From Anaeramoeba ignava BMAN (taxonomy: Eukaryota; Protista; Anaeramoebae): 64,000 bases of DNA. The DNA lies in the NCBI GenBank assembly GCA_028826165.1, contig JAPDFW010000078.1, positions 248,001-312,000 on the forward strand, in the 5' to 3' direction. A model generated the notes under the pieces. It saw only the letters and a list, made by a program, of their open reading frames with translations. It did not search any database and was not told the DNA's origin. Position numbers and translations under genes: made by a program. Positions 44,119-55,489 of the stretch are shown here, piece by piece; position 1 is the first letter of the stretch; every line of letters starts with the position of its first letter.

Positions 44119-47100
44119 TCAATAAACTTCATAATTAATTCTATATTCACAATAAAATTGCGCACGACTAGCAACAGTGAATTGAAATCTTTGAACTGGA
44201 TCTTTTTTTTCCGTTTCAATGGGAAAATAACAAGAATCAACAACTGAAAGAAAATTGCGATTTGAATAATAATCACCCAAAGAGACTTTACAAAGAAACA
44301 TTGTGTGAACATGATTTGGTTGAGTTTCAGTGAAATGATGAGCATCGCAAGAATGAGAAAACAGATGATAACCGGGATCCAATCCAAGAAAATTCATAAA
44401 GCCACTTTTTTGATCAATTGGTTCGGCAAAAATTTCATATCTTTTCCCATAAAAAAGATAAACTTCATTTTTTCCAAAATCAGTTTTATTTTCAATAAAA
44501 CTAAAAAATGGTAATTTTGCAGTTTCCTCGAATTTGCTATTTTTCGAATTTATTGACTCAATCTTCTTTTTTTGATACCAATAGTCATTGTATTTTTTTT
44601 TATTAATATCGAGAGTAACTGAAACGATTTTCAGTTTTGATTTGTTCCCATTTTGGAAGTATGTTTTTGTAAATAGCTCCTTAACTGAATCGGTGTTTGG
44701 GAAAGTGAACTTCTTTGGAAGAGGAATATTCAGTTTTTCGTCAATTATATCAATTAGATGATCAAAATTCAATATTGATTTCTGCTTGAATATTTCTTTG
44801 ATTTTTTCATCAGTGCCTTTCTTTATGAAATTCTTGAAGTTCTTAATATCTTCTTGAATTTCTTTGGACTTTGTATCTGGATTCATCATTGTTCCTTCAG
44901 AAAAACGTTTGTCCAGATTTAAATTTTCGAATATTGTAAAAAGCGGAAGAGTTGATTTTTTCAGATCCGTGAAATTCGCACTTAAAAAACTGATTATATT
45001 TTAATTGCGAATCGAAAAATATATTTTTTGAGTGGAGATAGGCAATAAAAGAAGCCAATCCTCGGAATGATGCAGTACTTAAATTAGTTAATTTTTTATC
45101 CAAATTATGAAGACGAGGAAAACCTGCTAAAATTTTACCTTTTTCTTGAAAAATTTTTGTTTGCCGATAAAAGGCGAAATGATTTAAATCAAAAAGAAGC
45201 CAAACTTTGCTTTCTTCTCCCCATTTTTGCGCGAAAAATTTTTCATTTCTATTATTTATAGCGAGCTCACTTTTTTCCTCATTGTAAGTGTGATTTGTCC
45301 AGAAATTTTTTTCACATCCTTGGATAGAGGCTGAAAACCCACAAAAATACTCGTTTTCGTAATTCAGTTTGATGCCTTTCGCAATTCCAACAAGATTTGC
45401 TTGCATATATTCCAGCTCTGTCTTGTATTTTTCGAAATGGCTTTCATTGCTTTCCAGATGCTTAATTTTTTCCAAAGTTTCGGTTATTTCCTTTTGAAGA
45501 AATGGAATAACCTCATCTCGAATCGCAGCTTTTCCAAAAAGTATTTTATAGCCTTCGAAGTTGGGGTTTGCATTTTTGGCTTTCTCCCATTCTTCTTGGA
45601 ATTTGCTATAAAGATGCCTTACAAAATTGAGTTGCAATCCCAATTTTTTTTGCTGATCCAAAAATAGATTTTCGGATTCAAAAATTTGGTTTTGTGAACT
45701 TAATAGCATTTGCGTTTTCATGGAAACTCTTTTATATTTACAATAAGAAAGGTAGTAATCTTGATTTTCCTCCATGCACTGACGCGCAATTTGTGGGAAT
45801 AAATTATGCATTTCATTAATTTCGTTTTCTGAAAGAGAAAATCTTTGCTGATTTCCCAAACCAAAGAACTGGTTGAATAATTTTATGACTGTTTCAAGTG
45901 CAAAGTTTGGAGAACTTTCGGCTGTATTTTGATTTTTATTTTGATTTTCATTTTTTAAAAGATTTTTGATATCTTTTAAAATTTTCTGAAAGGATTTTGA
46001 TTCTCTTTCAACATCCACATTGTTTATTTTTTGCATCAATTCATGAAATTGTTCATTTTTATTTTGATTCCAAGATTTAACTTGTTTTATATTTCGTAAA
46101 GTGATGAATGTTTTTGAGAAGAGTTTAATTGTTTCTGCGTAATTAAAATTTGGAGTGCAAAACATAATTTTTTTGGTTGCAATAAGTTTGTTTTGAGAAA
46201 AGCAAGAAAAACAAAGGTAGTAATTAAAAGATGGGAAAAGTCCATTGCAAGTAACTTGAGTGATAATTTCCGATTTTCCAATTTTTTTAATTTTTTCAAT
46301 TTTTGTTTCAAGAGATAGATAAAATGGTTTGAGTTTAATTTTGTAATCGAATAATTTATTTGAATTGTAAGAAAATTTGATTTGAGCTTGATTTGTAGAG
46401 AGTGAGATTATCTAAATATAAAAATATTTTAATTTTAATATTGATTTTTATATTAATTTTAATTTTAATTTTTAATTTTAATTTTTAATTTTAATTTTAA
46501 TTTTAATTTTAATTTTAATTTTTAATTTTAATTTTAATTTTAATTTTTAATTTTAATTTTAATTTTAATTTTTAATTTTATATTAATTTTAATTTTGATT
46601 TTAAATTTGATTTTAATTTTGATTTTAATTTTGATTTTGATTTTAATTTTAATTTTAATTTTAATTTTAATTTTAATTTTAATTTTAAATTTAATTTTAA
46701 TTTTAATTTTAATTTTAATTTTAATTTTAATTTTAATTTGAATTTGAATTTTGATTTTGATTTTAATATTGATTTTTGATTTTAATTTTAATTTTAATTT
46801 TAATTTGAATTTGAATTTGATTTGATTTTTAATTTGAATTTTAATTTGAATTTGAATTTGAATTTGAATTTGATTTGAATTTAATTTTAATTTTAATTTT
46901 GAATTTGAATTTGAATTTGAATTTTTGATTTTAATTTGAATTTGATTTTGAATTTGATTTTGATTTTAATTTTAATTTTAATTTTAATTTGAATTTTGAA
47001 TTTGAATTTGAATTTGATTTTGAATTTTAATTTTGATTTGGATTTGATTTAAATATTGAATTTGAATTTTAATTTGGATTTTAATTTTAATTTAAACTTT

Positions 47101-48123
47101 GTATTTTGAAGTATTTTTTTGATTTTGATTTAGTTTTTAATTTTGATTTATTTTGGATTTTTTGTATTATTTTGTATTATTTTTGATTGATTTTTATGTT
47201 AATTTTATTTTTATTATTTTTATTGATTTTGTATTTTATTTTGATTTTGATTTTTGAATTTGATTTGAATTTTAATTTTAATTTTGAATTTGATTTTATT
47301 TTTAATTTTGATCTTAGATTTGGAATCAAAACCAAGATTTTAAATATTGAATTTGAATTTTAATTGAAAGTTTAACTTTAATTTAAACTTTGTGTTTGGA
47401 ATGATTTTGTATTATTTTGTATTATTTTGAATTATTTTGTATTATTTTGTATTATTTTGTATTATTTTGTATTATTTTGTATTATTTTGTATTATTTTGA
47501 ATTATTTTGTATTATTTTGTATTATTTTGTATTATTTTGATTGATTTTGTATTATTTTGTATTATTTTGAAGTATTTTGAATTATTTTGTATGATTTTGA
47601 ATTATTTTGTATTATTTTGTATTATTTTGTATTATTTTGATTGATTTTGAATTATTTTGAATTTTATCCATTTTTGTTGTATTTAAAAAGAGAGGAAAAA
47701 AATTTTGTGAAACTTTTTTCTTTTTTTTTTTCCTTTTTCCTTTTTTTTTGAAAGGATTATATTTTATAAATGTTTAAAAAAATCTAAATAAAAAAGAATC
47801 AACGATTCTTAAAGGATAAAGTAGATATTATTTAAAGATAAAAAGATTCAAAAAAAGTTTACTGTTGCGTTAATTTCTAAATTTTGAACTTTTTTTGATT
47901 TTGATTTTTGTTTTGATTTAGATTTGGATTTAGATTTTGATTTGGATTTTGATGTTTCCTTTTCATCTTCATCAAATTCTTGTTCTTCTTCAGAAGAAGA
48001 AGAAGAAGTTATTGTTGTCTTATTTTCATTATCATTTGAAATTGAATCAGAATCAGAAATTGAATCAGAATTTGAATCAGAATCAGAAATTGAATTTGAA
48101 TTTGAATTTGAATTTGAATTCAT
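44119..48123 (-). CDS. Protein with degenerate kinase domain and C-terminal PARP/ART-like domain (gene A)
   Basis: Exon 1 48123-47863, intron 47862-46412, exon 2 in frame with ORF 46165. FRGLASFIAYLHSKNIFF; after a 1-nt shift at ~44900: NEVYLFYG...GF...PGYHLF...TMFLCKVSLG...QFTVASRAQFYCEYRINY. Confidence 0.6.
46430..47665. repeat. Intronic microsatellites TTTTAA/TTTGAA and 10-bp GTATTATTTT
   Basis: Within intron 46412-47862. Confidence 0.85.
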
Positions 48124-48404
48124 TTTCGAAATTAAATATTTTTTTTAATAAAAGAAAAGTGATCTAACAAAATTAATAAAATTTTCCTTTTAAATCGTTA
48201 TTCACCTTTTTATTTTATTTTATTTTATTTTATTTTATTTTATTTTATTTTATTTTAAATAAAGGAGAAAAAATAAAAAATAAAAAAGGAGAAAAAAAAA
48301 TTCAAAATTTATTTTTTCATTTTTTCATTTTTAATTTTTCATTTTTCATTTTTTAATTAAATAAATAGAAAAATAATAAAAATAAAATAAAAAAATAAAA
48401 TAAA

Positions 48405-49333
48405 ATGGAAGCAATTTCAGAATTATTATCAAAGTTATTAAAAGTAGAAAGAGAAGATTTACCAAAAAAACTTCGAACATACATTCGAATTGGTATTGCA
48501 ATTTCTGTAACGGTTTTTATATGGAATACACTTCGAGTAATTATGGATTGTGATGGACCTGTTGTTGTTGTTTTGAGTGAAAGTATGGAACCTGGTTTTT
48601 ATAGAGGTGATATTCTTTTTGTTCGTAATAATAAAGACCCTCTTAAAGCTGGTGAAATTATTGTTTTTAAAGTTAAACATCAAGAAATTCCTATTGTTCA
48701 TCGTGTAATATCAACAAATATAGAGTAATTTTTAATTTTAATTTTAAATTTTAATTTTATTTTTAATTTTAATTAATTTTAATTATAATTATAATTTTAA
48801 TTTTAATTTTAATTTTAATTTTAATTATAATTTTAATTTTAATTTTAATTTTAATTTTAAATTTAATTTTAATTTTAATTTTAATTTTAATTTTTTAATT
48901 TTAATTTTAATTTTATTTTTAATTTTAATTTTAATATTAATTTTAATTTTAATTTTAATTTTAATTTTAATTTTAAATTTTAAATTTAATTTTAATTTTA
49001 ATTTTAATTTTAATTTTAATTTTAATTTTAATTTTAATTTTAATTTTAATTATAATTTTAATTTTAATTTTAATTTTAATTTTAATTTTAATTTATAGTT
49101 CTTCTGGTCAGGAATATATTTTAACAAAAGGTGATAATAACCTTGTTGATGATCGAAGTCTTTATAGTGTTATCAAACCACAATTATGGCTAAGAAGAGA
49201 AGAAATTGAAGGAACAGTTTATGGTTATATTCCATTTGTTGGAATGTTTACAATTTTGTTTTCTTATTTCATTTTTATTTTCTTGATTTATTTTGATTAT
49301 TATTTTGGTTATTTTTTAAGAAGAATCAGTTGA
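48405..49333 (+). CDS. SEC11: Signal peptidase complex catalytic subunit SEC11
   Basis: Exons 48405-48724 and 49099-49333; PVVVVLSESMEPGFYRGDILF, IPIVHRV, LTKGDNN.VDDRSLY, IPFVGMFTI. Intron is TTTTAA-filled. Confidence 0.93.
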
Positions 49334-49476
49334 ATGGGTGGATTTGGATTTTACGCAAAAGAAATAATCGAGAATTTTTTTTAGAAAAGAAAAAAAAAAT
49401 TATTTTGTTCCACTTTTTTTTCTTTTCTAAAAAAACAAAAAACAAAAAAAAAGCAAAAAAAGTTTTTCATTTTTAT

Positions 49477-50307
49477 TTATTTTAGAGCAAAAGTTGTAAC
49501 TGGATATAAAGAAGCACCAGTAAAAAGAATAGTTTCTTCCTTTAAAATTTCGAGGTTGGCTTCTTTGAAGATGGATTTATAATGAGGAATGGAACGAATA
49601 ATTGAGTTATCCGATTCATCCAAAACAAAGCCGTTATTTTTCGAAGAGTTATCTTTAATGATGATAATTCCATTCTCTTTTAAAGCTTGTTTGCAGTTCT
49701 TCAAGAAAATGACGAAGTCATCATCAGCGAAATATATCGCAACCCATTGGACCCAGATCAAGTCGTATTTATTAGGATCGGGAGTGAATTTTTCCAAAGG
49801 CGAACAATAAAAATTGAGAACTTTTTTTGGATCGAGATTTTGTTTTGCGACTTCAAGAAAAGAATTTTCAGAATCAACGAGATCCACAGCATCAAATGAG
49901 GGCAAAAAGACGTTTTTTGTGACTCTTCCTATTCCTGATCCGCAATCCAAGGCGTATTTTGTTTTGGATTGTGAAAAACGATCCAAAAATTGGGATAAAA
50001 ATTGAATTGAGTGTTGAGTATCTTCTTCTGAAATTTCTTCGTATCCGCCAAGCATTCCATTTACTGTTGGTTCTGATTCTTTCCAGAATTGTTTTGATTT
50101 GGCGTACCAGTCGTCTTTTGAGGTGAATAGTTTTTCGTAATTTTCTATTTTATTTCCTGACATGTTTTTTCCTTTGATTATTTTTTGAATTTTTTGAAGT
50201 TTTTGTTGTTGAATTTTTTGTTTTTGTTTTTGAATTTTTTGTTTTTTTCTCTTAAGTTTAATTTTTTTCTTTTTTCTGAGTTTATTTTTGTGAGTTCTTG
50301 GAGGCAT
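49477..50307 (-). CDS. NTMT1: Alpha N-terminal protein methyltransferase NTMT1/Tae1
   Basis: WY...FW...PTVNGMLGG, ALDCGSGIGRVTK, VDLVD, YDLIWVQW, IKDN, D..D.SIIRS, LYPV motifs; basic N-terminal extension. Confidence 0.92.
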   Translation of the reverse strand: MPPRTHKNKLRKKKKIKLKRKKQKIQKQKQKIQQQKLQKIQKIIKGKNMSGNKIENYEKLFTSKDDWYAKSKQFWKESEPTVNGMLGGYEEISEEDTQHSIQFLSQFLDRFSQSKTKYALDCGSGIGRVTKNVFLPSFDAVDLVDSENSFLEVAKQNLDPKKVLNFYCSPLEKFTPDPNKYDLIWVQWVAIYFADDDFVIFLKNCKQALKENGIIIIKDNSSKNNGFVLDESDNSIIRSIPHYKSIFKEANLEILKEETILFTGASLYPVTTFALK

Positions 50308-50429
50308 TTAAAGAGAAATAAAAAATGAAAAATGAAAAATGAAAAATGAAAAAAAAAAATTATGAATTTTTTCAGAATAAATAAAATCATTTCAAAAGGA
50401 ATTTTTTTTAAATTTTTTTAAATATTTTT

Positions 50430-53400
50430 ATAAATTTATTTTTATAAATATTTTCCTTAATTCCACTTTTTTATTTTATTTTATTTTTTTAAATAATTTT
50501 TTTAATTATTTTTTTATAAATTTGTTAATAAATTTGTTAATAAATTTATTTTCAAAAATGTTTATAAATTTGTTAATAAATTTGTTTATAAATTTGCTTA
50601 TAAATTTGTTTATAAATTTGTTTATAAATTTGTTTATAAATTTGTTTATAAAATTGTTTATAAAATTGTTTATAGAATTGTTTATAAATTTGTTAATAAA
50701 TTTGTTAATAAATTTGATTTCAAAAATGTTTATAAAATTGTTTATAAATTTATTTTCAAAAATGTTTTTAAATATTTTCCTTAATTCCACTTTTTTATTT
50801 TATTTTATTTTTTTAATTAAAATTGTTTATAAAATTGTTTATAAATTTGTTAATAAATTTGTTAATAAATTTGTTAATAAATTTGTTAATAAATTTGTTT
50901 ATAAATTTGTTTATAAATTTTTTAATTAAATTTGTTTATAAAATTGTTAATAAATTTGTTAATAAATTTGTTTCAAAAATGTTTATAAATATTTTCCTTA
51001 ATTCCACTTTTTTATTTTGTTTTATTTTGTTTATAAATTTGTTTATAAATTTGTTTATAAAATTGTTTATAAAATTGTTTATAAATTTGTTAATAAATTT
51101 GTTTATAAATTTGTTTATAAATTTGTTAATAAATTTGTTTCAAAAATGTTTTAAATATTTTCCTTAATTCCACTTTTTTATTTTGTTTTATTTTTTTAAT
51201 TAAAATTGTTTATAAATTTGTTAATAAATTTGTTAATAAATTTGTTTATAAATTTGTTAATAGATTTGTTTATAAAATTGTTAATAGATTTGTTTATAAA
51301 TTTGTTAATAAATATGTTAATAAATTTGTTAATAAATTTGTTTATAAATTTGTTTATAAAATTGTTAATAAAATTGTTTATAAATTTGTTAATAAATTTG
51401 TTAATAAATTTGTTTATAAATTTGTTTATAAATTTGTTAATAAAATTGTTAATAAATTTGCTTATAAATTTGTTTCAAATTTGTTTATAAATATTTTCCT
51501 TAATTCCACTTTTTTATTTTGTTTTATTTTTTTTAATTAAAATTGTTAATAAATTTGTTTATAAATTTGTTTATAAAATTGTTTATAAATTTGTTTATAA
51601 ATTTGTTTATAAATTTGTTAATAAATTTGTTAATAAATTTGTTTATAAATTTGTTTATAGATTTGTTTATAAATTTGTTAATAAAATTGTTTATAAATTT
51701 GTTAATAAAATTGTTTATAAATTTTTTTAAATAAATTTGTTAATAAATTTGTTAATAAATTTGTTTATAAATTTGTTAATAAATTTGTTTATAAAATTGT
51801 TTATAAATTTGTTTATAGATTTGTTAATAAATTTGTTTATAAATTTGTTTATAAATTTGTTTATAGATTTGTTAATAAATTTATTTTCAAAAATGTTAAT
51901 AAATATTTTCCTTAATTCCACTTTTTTATTTTGTTTTATTTTGTTAATAAATTTGTTAATAAAATTGTTAATAAATTTGCTTATAAAATTGTTTATAAAA
52001 TTGTTTATAAATTTGTTTCAAAAATGTTTATAAATATTTTCCTTAATTCCACTTTTTTATTTTGTTTATAAATTTGTTAATAAATTTGTTTATAAATTTG
52101 TTAATAAATTTGTTAATAAATTTGTTAATAAATTTGTTAATAAATTTGTTTATAAATTTGTTTATAAATTTGTTTATAAATTTGTTAATAAATTTGTTTA
52201 TAAATTTGTTAATAAATTTGTTAATAAATTTGTTTATAAATTTGTTTATAAATTTGTTTATAAATTTGTTAATAAATTTGTTTATAAAATTGTTTATAAA
52301 ATTGTTTATAAATTTGTTTATAAATTTGTTTATAAATTTGTTTATAAATTTGTTTATAAATTTGTTAATAAATTTGTTAATAAATTTGTTAATAAATTTG
52401 TTAATAAATTTGTTTATAAAATTGTTTATAAATTTGTTTATAAATTTGTTTATAAATTTGTTAATAAATTTGTTTATAAATTTGTTTATAAATTTGTTTA
52501 TAAATTTGTTTATAAATTTGTTTATAAAATTGTTTATAAAATTGTTTATAAAATTGTTTATAAAATTGTTTATAAAATTGTTAATAGATTTGTTTATAAA
52601 TTTGTTTATAAATTTGTTAATAAATTTATTTTCAAAAATGTTAATAAATATTTTCCTTAATTCCACTTTTTTATTTTGTTTATAAATTTGTTAATAAATT
52701 TGTTAATAAAATTGTTAATAAATTTGCTTATAAAATTGTTTATAGATTTGTTAATAAAATTGTTTCAAAAATGTTTATAAATATTTTCCTTAATTCCACT
52801 TTTTTATTTTGTTTTATTTTGTTTATAAATTTGTTAATAAAATTGTTTATAAATTTGTTTATAAATTTGTTTATAAATTTGTTTATAAATTTGTTTATAA
52901 ATTTGTTTATAAATTTGTTTATAAATTTGTTTATAAATTTGTTTATAAATTTGTTAATAAATTTGTTTATAAATTTGTTTATAAATTTGTTTATAGATTT
53001 GTTAATAAATTTATTTTCAAAAATGTTAATAAATATTTTCCTTAATTCCACTTTTTTATTTTGTTTTATTTTGTTAATAAATTTGTTAATAAAATTGTTA
53101 ATAAATTTGCTTATAAAATTGTTTATAAAATTGTTTATAAATTTGTTTCAAAAATGTTTATAAATATTTTCCTTAATTCCACTTTTTTATTTTGTTTATA
53201 AATTTGTTAATAAATTTGTTTATAAATTTGTTAATAAATTTGTTTATAAATTTGTTAATAAAATTGTTTCAAAAATGTTTATAAATTTGTTAATAAATTT
53301 GATTTCAAAAATGTTTATAAATATTTTCCTTAATTCCACTTTTTTATTTTGTTTTATTTTTTTAATTAAAATTATTTATAAATTTGTTTATAAATTTGAT

Positions 53401-53730
53401 TATAAAATTGTTAATAAATTTGTTAATAGATTTGTTTATAAATTTGTTTATAAATTTGTTTATAAAATTGTTTATAAATTTGTTTATAAAATTGTTTATA
53501 AAATTGTTAATAAATTTGTTTATAAATTTGTTAATAAATTTGTTAATAAATTTGTTTATAAATTTGTTTATAAAATTGTTTATAAATTTGTTTATAAAAT
53601 TGTTTATAAAATTGTTTATAAAATTGTTAATAGATTTGTTTATAAATTTGTTTATAAATTTGTTTATAAATTTATTTTCAAAAATGTTTATAAATATTTT
53701 CCTTAATTCCACTTTTTTATTTTTTTAATT
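50430..53730. repeat. Higher-order satellite: 12-bp AAATTTGTT(T/A)AT arrays punctuated by 13 copies of a ~50-bp TTTTCCTTAATTCCACTTTTTT block
   Basis: CCTTAATTCCAC at ~50455, 50779, 50996, 51162, 51498, 51910, 52041, 52655, 52788, 53040, 53171, 53328, 53701. Confidence 0.9.
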
Positions 53731-53858
53731 AATTTTGTTTAAAAAAAGAAAAATTACGTAATTATTTTCCAAAATTATTAATTTAAATAAAAAAAATTTT
53801 TTTAAATTAATTTTTCCAAAATCATTTTTCTTCCACTTTCTAAAATTTTTTTGAATAA

Positions 53859-55253
53859 ATGAACGGTTTAGAAAATTATTTAGCCGAAGATATAGGGGCA
53901 TCATTTCTGCAGAATTTCTTTACAAAACTATCAGAAAAACCCGAAGAAATTCAATTATTTTACGAAGAGAATAGCAAGATAACAGTTGGAGAATCAGGAA
54001 AACCAAGCAAGACAATAAGCGAGAAAGTAAGAGATTTTTTAACTTTAAGAAAAACACAAACTAACAGAAGCAAAAAAAATAGGATCTAGGAACAATTTTC
54101 CCAGAAAATGAATACAAAAAGTTGTCAAACAAATATAATTGATGCTTCTTATCAAAAAATTGCTAATTCTTCTATCCTTATTCAGGTCATCGGAAAAACT
54201 AAAACTCTTAATATTCCTTCTTCTAATTTTTTGCGCACTTTTATTCTCGTATTCTCTAGTGACTCCCTCCTTATCTCAAATGATATTATTCGCTTCTTTT
54301 TTGATAATGAAAATATTTTTAATTCATTTCAAAATGTTTCTTTTGTTTCAAATCATAATTTAAATCAAAATCAAATTCAAATTCAAATTCAAAATGAAAA
54401 TGAAAATGAAAATGAAAATGAAAATGAAAATGAAAATGAAAATGATAATGAAAATGATAATGAAAATGAAAATGAAAATGAAAATGAAAATGAAAATGAA
54501 AATGAAAATGAATCAAAAAATGTAAATCATTTTCAATTTAATTTTAATTTGAATTTTATATTTAATTTTATATTTAATTTAATTATTTAATTTTATATTT
54601 AATTTTAATTCAAATTTAATTATTTAATTTAATTATTTAATTTAATATTGAATTTTATATATAATTTTATATTTAATTTTATATTTAATTTAATTGAAAT
54701 TTTATATTGAATTTTATATTTAATTTAATTATTTAATTTTATATTGAATTTTAATTCAAAAAAAAAAAAAAAGGAAAACCAAAGTTCAGATATTGATGAT
54801 TGGGGTGATTCTTCTGATACTGATACAGACGATCCTTCTTTTGAAGAACCAAATCCAAAAAAAAATCCAAAAAACGAAGAAAAAAATTTCCCAATAAAAA
54901 ATATAGAAAAAACAAAAAACCAATATTTTCAACAACAAAACCAAAAATCTTCGCACAAATGGAATTATAAAAAAAAAAACTTTTCCAACTTCTCAATGAA
55001 AAAAATTATAAAATTATTCACAATTTCACAATTTCCTCATACTTTCGAACAACACAATTTAATTGAAACTCTCCAAACAAAAAAAATATTTGATAACTTG
55101 AAAATTGAAGTTAAAAAAATGAATTTTGATAAAAATTTTGCTTTAGTTAGTTTTGAATCAAATTCTCCTTTTTCAATTCCTCCAAAAATTGATTGCGCAA
55201 ATTTTACTTTGATTTTAAAAGAAAACAGAAGAAGATCTCCAAGAATTAATTAA
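53859..55253 (+). CDS. NTF2-domain protein, G3BP/Bre5-like architecture (NTF2, acidic tract, possible degenerate RRM)
   Basis: IGASFLQNFF.KL...PE.IQLFY..S, ILIQVIG, FLRTFIL, ISNDIIRF; exons ~53859-54026, 54090-54521, 54774-55253. Confidence 0.7.
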
Positions 55254-55489
55254 GTTTTTAATTAAGTTTTGTTTTTTTTTTTTCAAAAATAATTTAGAAG
55301 AAAAAATTCCAAAAAAAAAAAGAAGAAAAAAAAAAAGGAGAACAAAATTATTTTTTTTCTTTCGTTTCTTTTTCAAAAAAAACAAAACAATCCAATTTCT
55401 AATAACAAAAATAAATGAAACTTTTTTTTTGCTTTTTTTTTGTTTTATTTGTTTTTTATTTCTTTTGGATTAGATTAAATTAAATTAAA

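Noticed and set aside
50506-53728. ORFs of INLF/NKFI repeats that look like LRR or FNIP proteins
   Set aside because: They are translations of the 12-bp satellite, open in several frames and on both strands
50430-53730. CRISPR-like alternation of a constant block with variable spacers
   Set aside because: The spacers are themselves 12-bp satellite of widely varying length; eukaryotic context with no cas genes
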